DNA from: Eledone cirrhosa
Taxonomy: Eukaryota
DNA: 64,000 bases
Reading direction: 5' to 3'
Assembly: GCA_964016885.1 (NCBI GenBank)
Contig: OZ024743.1
Location: 43,090,001 to 43,154,000 of the forward strand
Shown: one piece after another, positions 55,428 to 64,000 of the stretch
How the letters are laid out: each line of letters begins with the position of its first letter
Numbering within the stretch: the first letter of the stretch is position 1
The notes under the pieces: model-generated
Seen by the model: the letters and a program-made list of their open reading frames with translations, nothing else
Told to the model about the DNA's origin: nothing
Database searches by the model: none
Made by a program: the position numbers and the translations under genes

Positions 55428-55466
<39 letters not shown>

Positions 55467-55733
55467 TATATTTGTTTAGCAAGATTCTTTATCTGAAATC
55501 GTGTGTTGAAACCGATATAGGGCTATGACGAAAGGACTATGACTATATATATAAACAACTATCTGGTTGTGGAACCAACCAACCAACCAGAAATTTATAA
55601 GTTTGTACATTTGTAAATTTGTAAATTTTTAAATTTATAAATATATAATAAATTGAAGTGAACGCAATTGGTGCGTGTGTTTCTTATTGACAACATGACC
55701 CTCCCAAAGTATAACAATATATATATATATTTA

Positions 55734-55811
<78 letters not shown>

Positions 55812-55831
55812 TATATATATATATATATATA

Positions 55832-55870
<39 letters not shown>

Positions 55871-57239
55871 CCCAGCGCATATATACATATATATACACCC
55901 AGCGCATCAGCAAGGAATCTCACTTTATTAACAAATACGGACTCCGTCTAAACACTTCTCTCTAAGGCCAACCCAAAACATACACACATCAACATACATA
56001 CCTACATCAGCATACATCACTATCCACATATTAACACAATGACATACGTAAACACACATGTTCTATGGTGCAACACAAATATACACAAATTTGCATACCT
56101 TTTGATGTCTATGGATATAAACGTGACGACACACTCACATACATAAACGCAAACATGCATTGCACACTGATGGGCACATACATATTTGTACACAAGTATC
56201 CAATACGGCAAGGCTTAACAGATTTTCCTTGCAGTACGTACAATCTGGACACTCACACACACCTTGGTATTATGCCAATACTATATATCAATTCACCCCT
56301 TTTATTATTAAGGTTTTTGATGTTCTATTGAGAGAATCGTTTTTACTGAAAATATCGAATAATGTACACCATTTTTACCAGTATCACAAAATTACTGGTC
56401 CACACACACACACACACACATTCTCACACACACACACACATATATACACACACACATATATACACACACACATATATATAAAAAAACAAACATACACACG
56501 CGTACATTAACATACAAAGAGACATATACACACACATACACACACTTCTCCGTATAAGACAAGAGCTGAAAAATATTTTTTAACATGTTAAAATATACCC
56601 CACACACGTACAGACACATTCCTACTGACCATCCCTCTACGAAGAATTACTCTGCTACACACACACACACACGCACGCACACACACTTGTCTTAATAGGC
56701 ATTTGAACTGTCGACAGGCTGTGTTTCGCACACACATCCCTGCTGACCATTATCACAACAACGAACCTCTTTACTACTACTACACACACACACACATATT
56801 TGTTTTGAAAGACTTATTTTTCAGTGACTTCTCAATCAGCCGACACAAACCTACATTTGGCGCAAAATCAATTTTTAACATTCACATGACCTCTACCGAC
56901 CAATCAAAATTGTTTTGACCACAAGAATTTTTGCAACACGAATTGGCGCGAAACTTATTTTAATAATCTGGAGCCACTTTTTTCACATAAAACAGGTAGA
57001 ATTTCCAAAACTAATCAGATTAGAGCAAACATCACGGGTGCTCTATCTCGAAATTATTTTTGAAAAGCATTAGAAATGCGCAACCGATAAATCTTAAAAC
57101 CGAAACTGAATACTAACCTATACTATTACTAATTTTTACTTATTCCTAATTAAACTATTTTTCACTGGGAACAATTTGTCAGCGTTTTCTTTTCCTTTTA
57201 CCAATATATCATAACTCGTGTATTACACCTCTATTCTTT

Positions 57240-57282
<43 letters not shown>

Positions 57283-57359
57283 CGAGGGAAAAGTGGTAAG
57301 GAACCAGGTGGACCATAACGCATCAAAGTACTCAATACTTAGGGTAGTAGAGTGGGAAA

Positions 57360-57470
57360 TAGGAGTAAGTAAGACCCCGACGGCTGAGCTCTAAGCCGTT
57401 TCGACGGCTAATTCTGTACAGAATTAGCCGTCGAAACGGCTTGAGCTCAGCCGTCAGGGTCTTACTTACT

Positions 57471-57474
<4 letters not shown>
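57360..57474. repeat. ~115-bp near-perfect GC-rich palindrome
   Basis: Centred on tgtaca at 57415-57420; a single-arm relative lies at ~62495-62540. Confidence 0.9.
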
Positions 57475-59688
<2,214 letters not shown>

Positions 59689-59796
59689 TTTTTCTCCGGA
59701 TTACTTTTGGAACTACAACTGGAACCGTCGAGCAAACTCTACGTGAGCTGTCAATCTACTGTGTGTAATATTTATATTACAATACAACGGAAAATA

Positions 59797-59861
<65 letters not shown>

Positions 59862-59869
59862 TATATATC

Positions 59870-60582
59870 CTTCTGTTTGTTTACTTGTCTTGCTCGCTTT
59901 ACGCGATTTACTTGTCCCAATAGCTTTATATAGCTATTGCTCATACCAACTGAAGGTATATGATTTTTAAAGCGTTGCAATACCAATGAAGGTAGGAAAA
60001 TCACTGATGTAGGACTATTTTTATCATATGTAACCCATGTGCAACCGCGCAGTATCCATTCTTCTCATGTTTTTCATATATATTTTCCCCAGCTGCGTTT
60101 GTCTGTTTCTCTCTTACTGCTTCCCCCCTCTCTCTGTTTCTCTCACCTTCTTTCGCCCCCTCTGTCTGTTACACTTTCTCTCGACTGGCCTCTTTCTCGC
60201 ACTTCCACTCACTCACTCTCTGCTTCTCCCCTTCTCACTTCCTCCCGTTTGGCCTGAAGTGGCGTCCTTTCTTGCTCACACCTCACTCGTGTCGCACGGT
60301 CTGTTGTCTCTCGCCCATGAAATCCACACAGCTTAAGCTGATCGGACTCCATGTGCTTGTTTCTCCCTACTTTGCGTTGCTATCCTTCTATGTTTGCTTA
60401 CTAGTCTCGCTCGCTTTACGCGATTTACTTGTCCCAATAGCTTTATTTAGCTATTGCTCGCACCAACTTGAGGAATATGATTTTAAAGCGATGAAATACC
60501 AATGGAGTTTAGAAAATCACTGATGAAGGACTATTTTTATCATATGTAACCAATGTGCAACCACGCAGTATCCATTCTCCTC

Positions 60583-60590
<8 letters not shown>
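59870..60590. repeat. Direct repeat (~205-bp segments ~517 bp apart)
   Basis: gctcgctttacgcgatttacttgtcccaatagcttta..cgcagtatccattc occurs twice. Confidence 0.8.
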
Positions 60591-60652
<62 letters not shown>

Positions 60653-61621
60653 TATATAAGTGTTTGTGTGTATATGTGTGTGCATGTGTGTAGCGTGCGT
60701 GTGTGTGGTGTTCTATGAGTTATAATGGATTTTATTCCTCTTAGAATTTCAATTATCTTTCATTGATTGCATTTGCTCTATGGATGATTATTTCAAAGAG
60801 TTTCTCTCTCTATGTTGTTTCTTTGTTTGGCAATGCTCTGCGGATATCACGTGCATATTCTCATGCCAACATTAAATACTAAGTAACTGAGATACTTGAC
60901 AATAAATTTATTTTTCTTTACTAAATATTTATCCATATTTCAAAACTATATATATATTGAACAAATTACAATTAAAGCAGTTCGTTTTGTTCATCTACTA
61001 AAACTGCTTGTCAATCGTTATCAATATATCAATCTTGGAAGGGAAACAGTTAAATTGCTATAACATTACTTCCTATGATCTCCATTTTCGCAACTTGACA
61101 GTATCTATTCTTCGACAAGTATCTTGTTATTTTTATTTTTATTTTATTGTTTCATAGATGCTTAACCTCATATGTGGCATATCGCAGAGCGCTTAAAATG
61201 TATACAGCATTCAAAATGTATTGTTCCCTATATAGTGCTTGAAATATTTACAGATATGAATAATACATATTTATATGAAAGCATATACGATATGTCTATG
61301 TATAATGAACATACATATTTTTGCTGAGAGTATTTTAAGCTGGTTTCGTAACCCATTTGCTCACTATACATATTTGCATACCAGTTACTCCTATTTTACG
61401 TCGTAAATCCATAGTCAGTGACTCTTGTTTATTCTTCCAAAAACGACTCTACTTTATATCATGCTTTTCAAAGTTACTGCTAAATGAATACGAGGTGGAC
61501 CCGCGAATATGAAATGACATAGCCACAGATCTCTTTATATGCAGACTGAATATGAATATATTTCAGTAATATAATCATTCTGGTGCATAAAATAACTTCC
61601 CACGAGATAAAGAGTTCTTCA

Positions 61622-62060
61622 GTACGAAGTTGCGCTGAAAGGTTTCATAAGTTAACAATGACACAATGATGATAGATTTGGGAAATCTTTCATGCATTAA
61701 TTTCATTTCTTCTTAATATTACCCGCATTCTTTCGACGGGTACACTGACACATGACTGAGCAAAGAAAATTTCAAAATTAACAAGAAGAGACTTCTTTTG
61801 AAAATGGACAAACTTTGGTATTGCTGTGTTAACAACTACCTGAAGAAAAGCGATTTAGCCGCCAAGAACATTCATGCTGACTTAGTTGCTACATTAGGGG
61901 TTGACGCTCCAGCTTTATCAATAGAACAAAAGTTAGCAGCTGAATTTTAGGAGGGGAAATGAGAGTCTTGAAGATGGCCCAAATCGGGATATCTACAACC
62001 ACCACTACATAGAAAAATATTGACCCCATGGAGATAGATGATAAGCGACGATAAGCGATA
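61622..62060 (+). pseudogene. Mariner transposase relic (5' end and N-terminal HTH)
   Basis: From ~61803, with frameshifts: MDK..NYLKKSDLAAKNIHADLVATLGVDAPALSIEQKLAAEF/RRGNESLEDGP, resembling mariner IHxxxxxxxGxxA..W..F..G..SLEDxPR. TIR-like tacgaagttgcgctgaaaggttt at ~61623. Confidence 0.72.
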
Positions 62061-62567
62061 TATAATCTTCGTTTTACCCTTTGTACTATTCCAAGGATCA
62101 TTCAACTATCAAGGAACTACCGTTCGATAAACCGTCTGTAGCAAACATCTTGTTGAGTCAAACACCACTGTACGCTGATAATCTCTTGGTTATACGATAC
62201 TCTAATCCTGAACTACGGAAAGCCATAACGATATCTCGTTTACACACACATACACACATGCATATATATATATATATATAACAAAGAAGATGTGGTAAGA
62301 CACCATATCTGCTTTCTTTCGTATGATGTAGTTATTCATTTATTCTAACGTAATGCCAGTCTCTAATATTTTGTGAATACATTTATTGATATCATATCGG
62401 TATTACTGGTAGTGTGTCTCGTGAGTATAACAGCTTCTGTGTTTATCTTCTTTTTTTTCTCTTTTTCAATTTTGAAGCAACAAGGTTTCGGATCTAGCTG
62501 CCGAAACGGCCGGAGCTCGGCCGTCGGGGCCCTGACTTTTTCCTATATATATATGTATATATATATG

Positions 62568-62598
<31 letters not shown>

Positions 62599-63790
62599 GT
62601 ATATATATATATAGTAATAATAATCTGTTATTTTAATAAATATATATATATATATATATATTTTTTATTGTCATAAAATTCTCTAAAAGGCTACAAAACA
62701 AATTCTGAAATATGGGCGGGAATTTAATGAACTTGTTCACCTGACAGCCATAATTTCATTTCTAACCAATCAGATTGCACATTAAAAAAAAAAAAGCTTT
62801 CGTGAGCCCCTTTTTTTAAGTAAAAAGTAATTCAAACACTCATATATGAAAAAAACAACCTGAGCACCCCCCCCCCCCTCCCCTTGTTTGAAGAACTTTG
62901 TAACGCGAACTGGCGAGAAATGTATTATACTTATTGAACAACCAATCAAATTACTTCTCTAAAATCCTGGCGTTTCGAGCCACTTTTTTCCATATAAAAC
63001 AAGTAACATTCAAAGACCAACCAGATGTGAGAAAAACCACAGACCCTCCAACTCAACTCTACTTTTGAAAAGCAGAAGAACTGCGAAACTGGTAAAGGAA
63101 CCAAATAAATATATATATATTTTTTTAAATAAGACTACAGTTGCATTTTCGATTTCATCTTTTTTCCTTTATATACATATATATGAGGTTCTCACTTTGA
63201 TTGCGAAAGGATGAAATTTATCATTGAACTTGATTAGAGTACAACCTCAGAAAATACTGAGATGGAACGCATACCGAAGTATTTGATCCGACTCTATAAA
63301 GTGTTTCAATTTTGCTGCAAATATGGATAAATGTTAATAGCAAACATTAATTCTACCAATTTATTATCGTAAAATATATTCTAGTAGTACGGCATGAGCA
63401 GACCCATGTGAAAACACATGTCAGTGTTAGTGATCATAAATATGGAACTTGTAAACCTACTGTAAAAATGAAGCAATCGGTATTCAAGATAATGTTATCC
63501 TTTGAATGAAAAGTATTAATATTTAAAACATTAAAATCTAAATAAGAAAATAATTCCAGATATTCCATTACGTTTATTCCAAGTTGGTGATCAGGATGAG
63601 ATTATGTTTCTGATGTGAATGTTTACAAGGTGGACTTTACAGATGAATCCAGAAACCTTTCTCTATTAATACAAGGCGCCTGAAACCAGTCCTATATATG
63701 TTTATTTTAGATTGTTTTTCTTTATCAATAAATAAATATTCCGCCATTATAGTATAAGAAATGTGTCAACTTAATTGGCAAACCTCAGCT

Positions 63791-63889
63791 TAATAATTGT
63801 TTCTACTTTTGGCACAAGGCGAGCAATTATCCCATTGCATTATTGGTACTTTATTTTTTCGACCCCGTAAGGATGAAAGGCAAAGTTAA
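63791..63889 (-). mobile_element. SINE 3' half
   Basis: Reverse complement of the central domain and tail. Confidence 0.8.
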
Positions 63890-64000
63890 TAATGAAACAG
63901 TTATATTAACAAAACCTTTCTACACCGTGTAACAACATTTGTTTTTCTCTGTTCCTGGCTTGTAATGACTTGTTTTGTGTTGCTTAGGTCCCAAATAAAT

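Larger units (their letters stand above)
51140..55430. repeat. ~420-bp tandem repeat array (~10 units) with inversion at ~51717; one hammerhead per unit (retrozyme-like family 2)
   Basis: Core positions on + at ~51824, 52244, 52664, 53090, 53510, 53931, 54350, 54770 and 55187; two minus-strand copies at ~51157-51198 and ~51577-51618. Confidence 0.95.

Overview
AT-rich, microsatellite-dense eukaryotic DNA with no recognisable host gene. The SINE family and the repeat composition suggest an octopod cephalopod; this is an inference. Bases ~0.8-28.1 kb form a nested pile-up of non-LTR retrotransposons at (TAA)n microsatellites. It holds nine pieces of two R4/Dong-clade families (RT + CCHC + restriction-like endonuclease), all on the minus strand, a 5'-inverted Tx1/L1-clade element, RTE fragments and tRNA-derived SINEs. 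The two Dong families share a long 5' leader. Bases ~28-64 kb hold degenerate Penelope-like (GIY-YIG) relics, many foldback/inverted duplications, SINEs and a mariner relic. The most striking feature is two unrelated tandem arrays (312-bp and ~420-bp units) in which every unit carries a minimal type I hammerhead ribozyme motif with a palindromic stem III. Both arrays are split into divergent inverted arms, the architecture expected of Penelope-mobilised, circRNA-producing non-LTR retrozymes. All alignments and folds were done by eye, so boundaries are approximate.
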